This document shows positions 1 through 13,100 of a stretch of DNA of 64,000 nucleotides, in pieces; the first letter of the stretch is position 1, and the number at the start of each line of letters is the position of its first letter. A program made the position numbers and the translations under genes. The DNA comes from Squalus acanthias (Eukaryota). Location of the stretch: positions 17,734,001 to 17,798,000 of the forward strand of contig CM059432.1 in the NCBI GenBank assembly GCA_030390025.1, read 5' to 3'. Under the pieces are notes generated by a model. That model had not been told where the DNA came from, did no database searches, and saw only the letters and a list, made by a program, of their open reading frames with translations.

Positions 1-660
1 GTCCGTAACCCTGTAAGTTCCTCATCCTCAAGTACCCATCCAACTCCCTTTTAAAATTATTTATGGAATCAGCTTCCACCATCTTTTCAAGTGGAGCGTT
101 CCAGATCCTGACAACGTTCGGAGTGAAAACATTTCTCCCCCTCTCCCCTCTAGATCTTTTTCCAATGATTTTGAATCTATGACCTCTAGTTATTGACCCA
201 CTCGCCAGAGGGAATATTGTTTCCCTATTTACTCCATCAAAACCCCCTCATCATCTTGAAAACCTCTATTAGGTCACCTCTTAACCTTCTCTGTTCCAAG
301 GAGAACAGTCCTAACTTTTCCAATCTCTCCTCATAACTGAAGTCCCTCATCCCTGGTAACATCCTGGTAGAACTCCTCTGTGCCCTTTCTAAGGCCTTTA
401 CATCTTTCCTGAAATGTGGTGCCCAGAATTGTCTACAATACTCCAGCTGAAGCCTAATGAATGCTTTATAAAGTTCTAGTATGATCTCTTTGCTTTTACA
501 TTCTATTCCTCTATTTATAAACCCAAGTAACCCATATGCTTTTTTGGCCAGCTTTAAGGATTTGTGTACATGGACACCAAGGTCTCTCTGCCCCTCTACA
601 CTTTTCAAAAACGTTCCATTTATAGTGTGCTGTCTTTCCACATTAGTCCTCCCAAAGTGC
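1..660 (-). mobile_element. CR1 LINE 3' fragment
   Basis: ORF 237-641: RDLGV..LEYCxQFWAPHFRKDVKALER..LGLFSLEQRRLRGDLIEVFK, the CR1 ORF2 C-terminus. Confidence 0.9.
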
Positions 661-966
661 CTCTTATGTCACTGAAATTACTGTTTTTATGTTGGAACAT
701 GACGCTTCCACTTGAAAGAGAAGACGCAAACTGTACTGAACATTTAAATATGCTGCACTGTTAGGGATTTCAGAACCTGCCTAATTTATGACGCATTTAT
801 TTTCTTATTGGGAAACTGTTTTGCAGTTGGTATACATTTACATTCAGAAATAAGTCTGGACTGTTCTAAAGTGATTATCTAAGCAGCAGCAGATGTGACA
901 GGTGCCATTTTGAAGGGTCCTGCTGCGAAAGAGGTTCATGGCAGAAGGAAGTAAAAATACAGCAAA

Positions 967-1162
967 ATGTGGGGTGGGGGGGGGGGGATGGGCGGGCAGC
1001 TGTATTTTTGGATTAATGTGGGAGGGGGGTGGGGATGGGCGGGCAGCTGTATTTTTGGATTAATGTAGGAGGGGGGTGGGGATGGGCGGGCAGCTGTATT
1101 TTTGGATTAATGTGGGAGGGGGGTGGGGATGGGCGGGCAGCTGTATTTTTGGATTAATGTGG
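967..1162 (+). repeat. G-rich 47-bp minisatellite, about 4 copies
   Basis: Unit tgtgggaggggggtggggatgggcgggcagctgtatttttggattaa; gattaa recurs at 1011, 1058, 1105 and 1152. Confidence 0.95.
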
Positions 1163-1649
1163 AGTTCCAGCTACAAATTATTTTTATACACTAATAAGCT
1201 CCACTACCTGAGCTCGATATTCCCAATCTCGATATCCCTGCTCTTTAAAATTCTTTCCCTTCATCTCAAAGCCTCCTCAAAAACTATTTCTTTGACGAGA
1301 CCCTTGGTTTTCCCCACCTTAGCTCCCTCTAATTTCCAGCCTGGGGTACTCCTTTTCCCTGTAAAGCAATCGGAGAGGTTCTTCTACGTAAGAAGTTACT
1401 ATATCAATACAAGCGGTTGAATTTTTGACAGTAATTTCTGGCTCCCGTTCATACCTGAGATTGTGTATAATTGCCTCTGATATCAGTGAATGAAAAGTGT
1501 AATATTATAATTTAAATTCAAAACTCAAGGAGGAGCAAACCTCCACATTTCTGTTTGAGGAAAATCAGTTAGAAATGAACGCATGAAAGCGTGGAAGAAG
1601 AAAAGGCCATTTGGATAACCGTCCGTCCCCCTCCCCTTGCACAAAGCAT

Positions 1650-1693
1650 ATGCACTCTACCCTATGCACTCTACCCTATGCACTCTACCCTAT
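1650..1693 (+). repeat. 14-bp tandem repeat (atgcactctaccct) x3
   Basis: Read directly. Confidence 0.85.
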
Positions 1694-2464
1694 CTACTCC
1701 TGAAGGAACAGTCTGCATATATGCGCCTTGACCCCAAAAATTAATCAAGCAAAACTCCAGTATATTCATCTATCTTCACACCTCCATCACTAAGACCCAG
1801 GCAGAGCCCTCCACAGCTCACATCTTCCTCCCTCTCCCAACTACAGAGGCCATTGTGCCCTGTGGAGTATTTTGATCACCTCAGTCTAAACTTCTGCCTT
1901 GTGCACCGTTTCTCCGGGGTTTTCGCAGATCTCCCTCTGAAAATAAAAGTTGTGGGAAAATACAATGGCCATTTTGCGCATTGATCCCACAAACAGCAAT
2001 TAGATGAATCATTTTTTTTTTGTTGTTGATGTGGATTGAGGGAAAATCTTGGAATTTTAGCCAGGACATCTCTGGGTTCTTCTTTAAAGAGTGCCATGTG
2101 ATCTTTAAGGTCCACCTAAACAGGCAGTCGTCCTCTAAAGGGCTGCACTACCAGCAATGCAGTACTGTACCTCCTCAGGGCCACACTGAAGTGTTAGCTT
2201 ACAGTACATGCTCAAGCTCTAGAGTAGGGCTTGAACAAATTTCTTAGTCAAATTCAAGATTACGACCAACTGACCCAAGCTCACACTTTGAATTGAGCAA
2301 TGTGGACTGTAGTGTTAAGACTCAAATTGTGAAACTTCCACTTGATTACTTCAGAAGTCAGGGAGAAGTTTTGCCGATTTAATTTCTCAGCAGTTTTAGG
2401 TCTGGTTATTTGTCCCCTCTAGAGGATTAAATGGGTTGCCTAGAGTTCATTGCAGTGCAGAGGG

Positions 2465-3203
2465 TGGGAGTCTAGGTGGGGTGGAGGAACAAAGGGATCT
2501 CAGAGTACAAACACACAAATCACTAAAAGTTGCAACGCAGGTTAGCAAGGCCATAAAAAAAGCAAACCAAGCACTAGGGTTTATTTCTAGAGGGATAGAA
2601 TTGAAAAGTAGGGAAGATATGCTAAACCTGTATCGAACCTTGGTTAGACCACCCTTAGAGTACTGCGTACAGTTCTGGCCGCCATGTTATAAAAAGGATA
2701 TACAGGCACTGGAGAGGGTGCAGAGAAGATTTACAAGGATGATGCCAGAAATGTGAAGGTATACATATCAGGAAAGGGTCTCTTTTCGCTTGAAAAAAAG
2801 AAGGCTGAGGGATGACCTAATAGAGGTATTTAAAATTATGAAAAATTTTGATAAAATGGATAGAGAGAGAATGTTTCCACTTGTGGGGAAGAGCATAATT
2901 AGAGGCCATCAATATAAGATAGTCACCAAGAAATCCAATAGGTAATTCAGAAGAAACTTCTTTACCCAAAGAGTGGTGAGAATGTGGAACTCACTACCAC
3001 AGGGAATGGTTAAAGCGAATAGTATAGATGCATTTAAGGGGAGGCTAGACAAGCATATGAGGGAGAAGGGAATAGAGGGTTATGCTGATAGATTTAGATG
3101 AGGAAAGACGGGAGGAGGCTCGAGTGGAGCATAAACGCCGGCATGGACTGGTTGGGCCGAATGGCCTGTTTCTGTGCCGTATATCCTATGTAATCCTATG
3201 TAT
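2465..3203 (+). mobile_element. CR1 LINE 3' fragment
   Basis: ORF 2436-2756 CR1 C-terminal motifs; 3' UTR gggccgaatggcct and cctatgt tail. Confidence 0.88.
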
Positions 3204-3394
3204 GTAAATGCTACAAGTTTCTTTGGAAGGAGGCAAACTCTATGTGCCTAATAGATTTTCTTATTCCGTATTATACGTTCATAAGTTCAGCTACAAATAA
3301 ACGGAATCTTTATCACCACCATTAGTTCATCTCTAGTCTCCCGGGGATAGCCATTAGCAATCTTGCACAGTTTAAAATACATACACTTTTTCAA

Positions 3395-3940
3395 GTGTAT
3401 TACACAGTTCTGGTCTCCATAATACAAAAAGGATATAGAAGCACTGGAGAAAGTGCAAAAAAGATATACAATGATGATACCAGAACTGAGAGTATAACTA
3501 TCAGGACAGATTGGGGCTCTTTTCTCTAGGAAAGAGAAGACTGAGGGGTGACCTGATTGAGGTCTTTAAATTTCTGAAAGGGTTTGATAGGGTAGACTTG
3601 GGAGGGAAGATGTTTCCACTTGTGGGGAAGTCTAAAACTAGGGGGGCCATAAATAGAAGATAGTCACAAATAAATCCAATATTGAATTCAGGAGAAACTT
3701 CTTTACTCAGAGAGTGGTGAGAATGTGGAACTCGCTACCACAGGGAGTAGATGAGGCGAATAGCATAGATGCATTTAAGGGGAAGCTAGATAAACACATG
3801 AGGGAGAAAGGAATAGAAGGATATGCTGATAGGCTGAGATGAAGTAAGGTGGGAGGAGGCTCGTGTGGAGCCTAAACACTGGCATGGACCAGTTGGGCCG
3901 AATGGCCTGTTTCTGTGCTGTAAATTTCGATTTAATTCTG
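3395..3940 (+). mobile_element. CR1 LINE 3' fragment, similar subfamily to 2465-3203
   Basis: Shared 3' sequence aaacttctttactcagagagtggtgagaatgtggaactcgctaccacaggga. Confidence 0.85.
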
Positions 3941-4030
3941 TTACATGCTGGAAAGAGATTGAAAGGGAGTTAAGCTACGGCACATACTTTTTCATTCTTT
4001 TATCTGTTTGCAGTAGTGGGTCCTCTTTAC

Positions 4031-4129
4031 CTTAGACTGCCACGTTAAATCTCCTCCCTCCTCAATCAACGCCTGGATCATTTTCATGTTGCCGTGCCGA
4101 GCCGCGATATGCATGGCCGTCTCACCGTT
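4031..4129 (-). CDS. trpn1: TRPN1 exon (most 3' in window): [33 protein letters not shown]
   Basis: 99 nt; acceptor cggcag, donor AAG|gtaaag. Confidence 0.92.
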
Positions 4130-7100
4130 CTGCCGACATCAAAAACAAAGCAACCAAACGGATCACATAAAAACCCACTACAGCCAGAAAAGAGTAGCTA
4201 ACCTTAACCAGTCCAGACAATAGGCCTGGGATTTCCCGGGACTTCTCGGCATAACTTTGGCATAAGTGCGGAGTTGCGCCTTCTGTTCCAAAGGAATTCG
4301 AGCAGAACTGATTTACACTGAAGCACCGTCGCAGGCTAATTTCCTCGAATGTTTGCGTCACGTTTAAGATACGTCTGCTGAAAACCTCTCCCGTTTGTTT
4401 ACATAGCCTCACCCCCGCCCCTCCCCCACCCCCATGCTCATGTGATTTTCCTGCATTCAAGTCAGTAACATGCCAGCATAGATTTACCTCCAGAATTTAG
4501 GCAGAGCAGGGCCCAAAGTCACCTGATATTGACGTAACTGGAGGAGTAATTGCATTTCTCGGGTCTGAAGCTTGAACTTTTTTTTTTAGGAAAGAGTCAC
4601 TTTTATAACTATTGACACTTCCGTGTTCAAAAACAACATTTTTACTTCCTTCTATATAAATAAACTGTTATAGAAACTGCAGTGTCTGCCCTAGCGATTC
4701 AAATACCTTTTCATGTTCTCCTCCAGTGCACATCAACTTATCTAAGTCAACATTCAAACAGCAATACATAAATTGGAAGATCCAGAGCATTCTCCATAGA
4801 CCTGTATTAGTGCACCCGTGCAATTTCTAAAGATCGGTGGGCGTGACGCTTCATTTTATCACATGTTTTGTAAATAACTAAAGCACAGCTGCAGAGTTGT
4901 AGAATTAGAATTGCTCACTTCTTCGATATTGTGATTTGCTAAAACAGAGATTGACGCATTGGGTAGCATTGAGTTTGCAAGTATTTATCAAAATGAATAG
5001 GTACTGGACCAATTCAGCAACACAATTTATAATGGTGCTTGTATGAAACCATGTGAGCCAGTTGTACCTACTATTCAGATCTGGGTTTCAAAAAATTTGC
5101 ATTTGGGCTTCCTGGCCAGGTGAAGAACAATGTTTAACTTATTCCCAAGTTTGATTATTTAAAAACTGTTAGCATACAGGTGTACAGTTTCGATCAACTT
5201 CATTAGGATAGGACTAAAATAACCATTAATTCAAGCCTCCGTCCAGCCATTTAGAATATAAAATAATATCGCTGAATTTGCAATTCTTTTCCACCAATTT
5301 TTACATACGCAGGCAATTTGAGCTCCACAAGATCCCGCAGGCAAGATCGGCGCAGAAATCGGCGTATATTTTGGCGTAATATCTGCATAATCCTCGCACC
5401 TGCTCCCCCTGCCACCCATTCCATCAGCCAGCCACGCGATCTCCTGGGAGAGACAACAAAAGGAGGAAAATCCTATACCAATTTCGGGGGGGGGAAACTC
5501 TTGGAAATTCCTCTCTGACACGCAAAGGCAATCAAACAAGTTTGAGGAGACCATGGCGATGGGGGGTTGGGGGAGGTGGTGCATTACATTGCGCCCAGAG
5601 TCTCAGGCCCACAGGCACCCGTGCTCATTCTGAATCCAGCGCAAAGCAGCTAACCAGCGGTGAATGAAAGCCTCAGGCCTGCCCTGCTGCTGCAGACATC
5701 AAACATCTTTAATAAAACTTTGACGGAGGGCTCATTTTCTGACTATTCCTCTGCGGGGAGGGGAAACTTTAAAAATACTCCAGACTCCGTACAGGGCAAT
5801 TTAAATTAATTACAGTAAAAGTTTGCAGGACAGAGAGATAAAGTGCTGCTTACCTTCCAACCACACTCTGAAGGGGAAATTTTATCTCCTCACGATTATC
5901 ACGAGCCCACCCTAGCACCTTGAGGCCCCATTGGCTCTGTTTCAGTCACAAATCGATTATACTCGATTACGCTAGTTGATTGCACTGATTCATGTGCAGA
6001 TTTTATGTTCGGGCTTATGCTAGTTAGATTGCGCAGCAACTTGGCTGCAATTTCACCTCGGCCAGAAGGGCGCAGCGTCGGCAGCAATCGGCAAATTGCA
6101 CCCTTAGAAGAAACTCAGGGCCTTTGATTTGATTTAATCATCCTGACAATATATCCAAGCACCCTATTTTGCATTAGCCTTCAGAGATGCATTTGTGTGT
6201 GTGCATTTGCGTGAGTGTGTGCGTGAGTGTGCGTGTGTATCTGTTAGTGTGTGCGTGAGTGTGTGTGTATTTGTTAGTGTGTGTGTGTGTATTTGTTAGT
6301 GTGTGCGTGAGTATTTTTAGTGCGTGTGTGCGTGTGTATTTGTTAGTGTGTGCGTGAGTGTGTGTGTGTGTGCGCGTGTGTATTTGTTAGTGTGTGCGTG
6401 AGTGTGTGTGTGTGTATTTGTTAGTGTGTGCTTGAGTGTGTGAGTGTGTGTATTTGTTAGTGAGTGTGTGTGTGTGTATTTATTAGTGTGTGCGTGAGTG
6501 TGTGTGTGTATTTATTAGTGTGTGCGTGAGTGTGTGTGTGTATTTATTAGTGTGTGCGTGAGTGTGTGTGTGTATTTATTAGTGTGTGCGTGAGTGTGTG
6601 TGTGTATTTATTAGTGTGAGTGTGTGTGTGTGTATTTGTTAGTGTGTGTGTGTGAGTGTGTGTGTGTATTAGTGTGTGCGTGAGTGTGTGTGTGTATTTG
6701 TTAGTGTGTGCGTGAGTGTGTGTGTATTTATTAGTGTGTGCGTGAGTGTGTGTGTGTGTGTATTTATTAGTGTGTGCGTGAGTGTGTGTGTATTTATTAG
6801 TGTGTGCGTGAGTGTGTGTGTGTGTATTTGTTAGTGTGTGTATTTGCGTGTGTACGTGCGTATTTGTGTACATGGATGTCAGATGAGAACAGGATCAGGC
6901 TGGGGTACGACGTGTCTATGACCAAGTACTGTAATGATGTTCATTATCAAGGCTCATATACAAATAATAGCCACTTGTGAAACAGAACCTCAGCAAGGAG
7001 TCAAAGACATCAGGAAATGAGGAAAAGGGAAAAAAATGATAAGGATAAAAAAAAAAAACGATTACAGAGATTACTGAATATGAGGAATCTCATCATAGAC

Positions 7101-10100
7101 TTTGCTACCAGCTGTGCCCTAATTATCCAAGCTTGAGCTCGCACAACCACTGGAAGATAATGCAACATAACAGATCCTATTAATACAATATAATGTATAC
7201 CAGACTCTTCATTCCAATATAAATCTGCTTTACAATTGCAGGTTATATTATAATCAGCAGCAAGCAAATCTCCCAGCCTTTGTTTAGTTTTTAAGCCATC
7301 TCATTAGGCTTTGTTTTATATCGTATTATAAAAGAATAATGAATGGTACAGTACATTTTACTGTTCTGCCTTAGGAGCTCACTAAAACCACAGAGTAAAT
7401 GATAGTTCAATTATCCAAAATTCTAAATGTAATATGAAATGTAGTTTGCATCAATAGCCAGCAGTTTTGCTTAAAAAGAAGACATTGTATATATTCTTAC
7501 CTCTTGCCCCGCATTTACATCAGCTCCACTTTTTAACAGCATCTCTGCCACTTTCTCACCATCCTTAACTCGAGCTGCAATGTGCAGTGGGGTCTCCTGA
7601 GCCTGTAGAGAGAAAGGCAGCATCACTGGCCCTTAACCTTCACAACCTCAATCAGACAGAAGCTGGAACCAGCGGCAGAAAATAAATAAAAGTAATCCCA
7701 AAAGATTCAGCTGTGTAAAATGCATTTCTTTTTGTAGTCCTACGTATGTCGCTGGAGGGTTCCATTTTTCAACCTGCTTCCCACCATCGTTTCACTTTAG
7801 GGGTGCTCAACGGAGCTAACTCGCCTGGCAAGAAAGAAACTTGCCTTTTATACAGTGTCCTTTCGTGACTTCAGGACGTTCCAGAGCCCTTCACAGCTCA
7901 TTCTTCAAGTGTAGTTACCATTGTAATGTAGGGAAATGAGGCAACCAATTCGTGCACAGCAAGGTCCCAGCAAATGCAATGAGATAAACGGCCAGTTAAC
8001 TTGTTTTGGTGTTGTTGGTTGAGCTGTGCTGTTTCCAGTATTACGCAGTAGTTACAGCCCAGAAACAGGCCATTTGGCCCAATAGGTCCAGGCCAGTTTT
8101 TATGCTCCACACGAGCCAGTATGAGGTGAAACTGTCACCATTTTTACACAGAAAACATGGAGCCACCTTCTCTTTCCAGTGCACCTTGAAATGATCTTTC
8201 TCTTTTTATGGGTAGGTGAAACTTTGTGTTATTCAGTCCTCGGGAATGGGACACTTTCCTCTACTTATATCCAGTTGGCTGTCAAGATCAGGAATTCCCA
8301 AGTTTGTTATAGTGCAGGTTGGGGTAGGGAAACGTTCTGTCTTCTCCATTTCATTGCCAATTTCAGAAGAGCACTGATCTGAACTATACCAATATCTATA
8401 ATACATGCAAGGTCTCGTGTATAATGTGGCCGTCCTGTCCAGATTAGTCTTGCTTCCTGTGTCCCGATTCTTGATTTAGAATTTTTAAGACAACATTTTA
8501 TGTTGTATTTGCAGGCTTTTTGTCACTGGGTGGTGCCGTGATACAACTACCTCAGGTTGACTCGCCATTTTGTTTTATCACTTACCCGCCCAACCTGTTT
8601 GTAGCTGCCTGACTTTGCACCTCGGCCTAACTGCTTCCTGGCCACCATGTGTGGTCGGGCCTCAAGCCTAGTGCTCAGGCCTATCTATCCAACTGATTTC
8701 CAGCCCCCCGGGTACATTGGCATTGTGATTATGTTACTGGACTAGTAATCTAGAAGCCTGGACTAATAATCCGGAGACATGAGTTTAAATCTCCACCATG
8801 GCAGCTGGGGAATTTAAATTCAGTTAATTAAAAACAAAAATCTGGAATAAAAAGCTAGTATCAGTAATGGTGACCATGAAATTTCCAGATTGTCGTAAAA
8901 ACCCATCTGGTTCACTAATGTCCTTTAGGGAAGGAAATCTGCCGTCCTTACCCGGTCTGGCCTATATGTGGTTCCAGCCCCACAGCAATGGGGGTTGACT
9001 CTTAACTGCCCTCTGAAATGGCGGCTCACCACCACCTTCTCAAAGGCAATTAGGGATGGGCAATAAATGCTGGCAATGCACACATCCCAAGAATGAATTA
9101 AAAAAAAAAGATTGGCTTTGTAGCTGCCTGACAGTTGGCTACAGAATATCTATATTCAGAATATTTAGGGACATTAAGAGTGGTCAGAGAAGAAGTATCG
9201 TCCAATCAGTCGGGTGCGGAGTCATTCCCAGTACTCAGAGGTACAAAGTTCCAACTAACCCAGTCCTCTTGAAACAGGAACCTAACAAGAAAGGCTTCAC
9301 CATCCATCGCTCAGTACATCATAATGGCATAGATAAGCTGTACTCACAATGCCTTATCCTATCATTTAAGAAACCAATGTGAAACTAAAAGTAGTCCTCA
9401 AACAGCTCCAGATAACTGAGCTCCAGTTAATCACTCCGAGCCAAGATGTGCTATTTGAATAAGTTACATTGTGGGAGGAGAACCACTACAAGGACTGCCG
9501 CGCTTAAAGAAGGTCCATCACCACCTTCTCAAGGCAACTAGGGATGGGCAATAAATGCAGCTTTGCCAGCATCACCTACATCTTGGGGGGAAAAAAGGCA
9601 TTGCTATTCAGTCCCCAATATACTATATCTGTCCTTACCTTGCCCCCTTTAAGCTGGACCTGGGCCCCAAAGCCCAGCAGGGTCTGTACCACCATGGGTT
9701 TGCAGTACTGCACTGCAATGTGTAGGGCTGTGTAGCAGTCCTTCGTTTTAGCATCAACGTGCGCCCCCTTCTGGAGTAAAGCTTTCACGACAGCTGTGTG
9801 CCCTCTCTTTGCTGCAGCATGGAGACACACTGCCCCCGACTAGTGAAAGAAAAAATAAAACACTGTGAGAAAACAGCAGCAAAACAAGCAGCCGAGAGTT
9901 TTGTTAACACCCTTTAAAAAATCCCTAGAAGATCCTGTTCACTGTGTTCCTACACCTAATTTACTGTTTATTATTGTAGAATTAAAAATGCCAAACTATT
10001 TTTCGTGTTGTGAACTATTTTAAGTGCTATAATATGTTATTTTAGGTCAAATCATAGAATGTACATTGAACACTAAAGCTGTTTGCAAATTTTAAAAATG

Positions 10101-13100
10101 TTTTGTTTACTGTTATAATTCTCCAGTTTTGCTTACAGATTTCAGTCAGTAAATGCGAGCTCTGATGAGGCAGTGAGGGAGTCAGAAGGTCCAAGGGTCC
10201 AGCTTCTCCCCCTCTACAGGGGATCCAGTGGTGGTTAAACCCCCCCCCTCCCTACAGGGCAGGACTCCGGCAATGCGTGGAGAGGGATACTTCCCCCCCT
10301 CCCTACCTACAGAGCAGGACTCCGGCAATGCGTGGAGAGGGATACTTCGCTCTCACAGAGCAGGACTCCGGCAATGCGTGGAGAGGGATACTTCGCTCTC
10401 ACAGGGCAGCAATGAGACACAGGAGAGTCTCTCCCACAAAGTGAGAATGATCCGGCAGACAGAAGTGATGAATTGTCCCTTCGTGGTAGAGGAGAGTGAG
10501 ACGCTGCAGTTGGTGCCATTTTCCTGGTCAGAAGTGGTGAACTTATTTTAAAAGCATACCGCAGTTTGATGTATTTCTCAAATTTCCTTTCCTCTCCTGA
10601 AACCACTAACTTGTGCTTAGTCCATTGGGACTGGCAGTGCGCTGGGACCTCAAAGTTAGCATTCCTCATGTTTGCTAGTGATTGTCAGTTGGCTTCAACC
10701 ACAGTCCACATCTTTCCAACATGGGCCACTCGATCAGGAACCCTGGCTGACCTTTCCCCTCCTAGTCCAGGAGCTTTGACACCAACTGGAGCATTGCCAA
10801 CTTGACTGAGAGCAATTGACTCAGTGCAGACTAATTGAACTTGAGACCTTCCCAATGCCTGCTGCTCAGTATCACTCCAGGCAGTGCATTTAATACATAA
10901 GCCATTGGAGTGAGCTCGGTCTTTATCCTTAACATAAGAACATAAGAAATAGGAGCTGGAGTAGGCCATTTGGCCCTTCGAGCCTGCTCCACCATTCAAC
11001 AAGATCATGGCTGATCTTCTACCTCAACTCCACCTTCCCGCACTATCCCCATATCCCTTAATTCCCTTTGTTCCCAAAAATTTATCGACTTCTGTCTTGA
11101 ATATACTCAACGACTGAGCATCCATAGTTCTCTGGAGTAGAGAATTCCAAAGATTCACAACCCTTTGTGTGAAGAAATTTCTCCTCATCTCAGTCCTAAA
11201 TGGCCGACCCCTTATTCTGAGACTGTGACCCCGTGTTCTAGATTCCCCAGCCAGGGGAAACATTTTCTCAGCATTAACCCTGTCAAGCCCCTTAAGAATT
11301 TTATATATTTCAATTAGATCAACTCTCAAGTTGAGGCAGGAACCCTCACAACATTCAAGAAGCATTTAGATCTTCTTTACTCTTATACTCTAATATACAT
11401 CCCAGGAATCAGTCCGGTGAAATTAACAAAAAAACGATGGTTGAGAAAGATAGATTGTGGCCATTTTTTAAAGCATTAATTAACATTTTGGACGGATGTA
11501 ATTGTTTAACAAGGCAACAGTATTTTAACACATTGATACCAAGTGCTGATCACAAAATCTGTAAGAATGGTCTGAGATGCGGCAACTGAAAAGCGATCCT
11601 GCTTTTTGTTTTTGGAGACTAAATTTTACTGTGAGTATTATTCTGGACACTGAGCAGATCTGAATTGCTAACCTCCTGCTTTCCTCCTCCTCCTCCCACC
11701 TCCGCACCCTGTAAAACTGGGCAAATGGACTACAAATGCAATGCACATGATACCTAGTGAAGCGATATAGCACAGAGCACACTTATTGCAGTGACATAAA
11801 AAGAGCAAGACTTCAAAGGGGGAAATACTGGCCGACAACCTCAGAGAACATTTTGAAGCCTAATATAGTCAAGCTACGTAACTGTAAATTCATGGGGAAT
11901 CGAAACATGATTTTCGTTGTTGCTTCACCTTGTCAGAAATTGAGGTCCTCTTTTAATGGAGCTTTCACAGACACTGGGAGAAACTTCTGCTTTGACAAGA
12001 GCTTTACGATCATGAGTTTTTAAGTAAAATACAGCACGTTTGTCCTCAGCATCAAGTAAAAGCTTGGTCACAGTGCTTGCCCATGGTGCTTGGCATATCA
12101 TACGGACTGGTTAGAACAGTGCAAGACAGCTCTCTGTTGGCTTACTAGGTAAAATGTGGTATGATGGGGGTCAAGGGGAAGACCCTCAGTGGCTGGAATC
12201 ATATCTAACACACAGGAAGATGGTTAGCGTTGTTGGACGCCAATGATCACAGCCACAGGACGTTGGTGCAGGAGCTCCTCATGGAAACATCATGTGAACA
12301 TCGAATAGGATTGGGTTCAGCTTTGATGCTCTCCTCCTCCCCCACTAAGGTGGATTATCCCTGTCTAGGCTCACACATGAAGGATTACCACTTATACGAG
12401 CACTTGTGGAACCATACACCCCAGTCAGGAACTGTTGGACCGGAAGAGAGAAAGGTCAGCAAAGAAACACTAGTAGGCTTATGAAATATATATTTTTTGA
12501 AATGGCCCTTCGTACTTATTCCTTGGGATATGATATGCACTTATTCGGATGGAGTCAGGCTCATTGGGGTAAATTTACAGGCCCATGTACCCAGCAGAGT
12601 GCCATGCTCGAAGGAAGTGCAGATTGGAAGATCGGTGCTATAGATCTCTGAATCATGCTCCCTTCAAGCACAGTTCCCCATTGGGAGGGCAGGATTGGTG
12701 AATGTATAAGGAATAGTGGCTGCCAAATTGGTGCATTCATTAGTGCAGAAACTCTGTCCCCAGACGGTTCATGGTCAAAGACCCAAAATGAAGGAGGCAA
12801 ATAAAACATTTTTTTTTAAATGGATTAGTTCTACCTTATTGGGCATGTGCAAAGGGACCCCTTTCTTCAGGAATGCCAGCGCTGTGTCAGGGTGGCCACA
12901 TTGTGAGGCAATGTGCATCAGGGTACTTCCATCCTATAATTAAAGCACATCATAAAAGGTTCACAAGTATCTGTTTATTTAATAAAAAGAAAGAAAGACT
13001 TGCATTTATATAGTGCCTCTCACGACCACCGGACATCCCAAAGCGCTTTAGAGCCAATGAAGTACCTTTTGAAGTATAGTTACTGTTGTAATGTAGGAAA

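Noticed and set aside
6547..6873. His/Thr-rich ORF
   Set aside because: Translation of the (GT)n satellite.
967..10405. Short direct repeats (967-1162 and 10255-10405) as a CRISPR-like array
   Set aside because: Tandem units without unique spacers, in a eukaryotic context with no cas genes.
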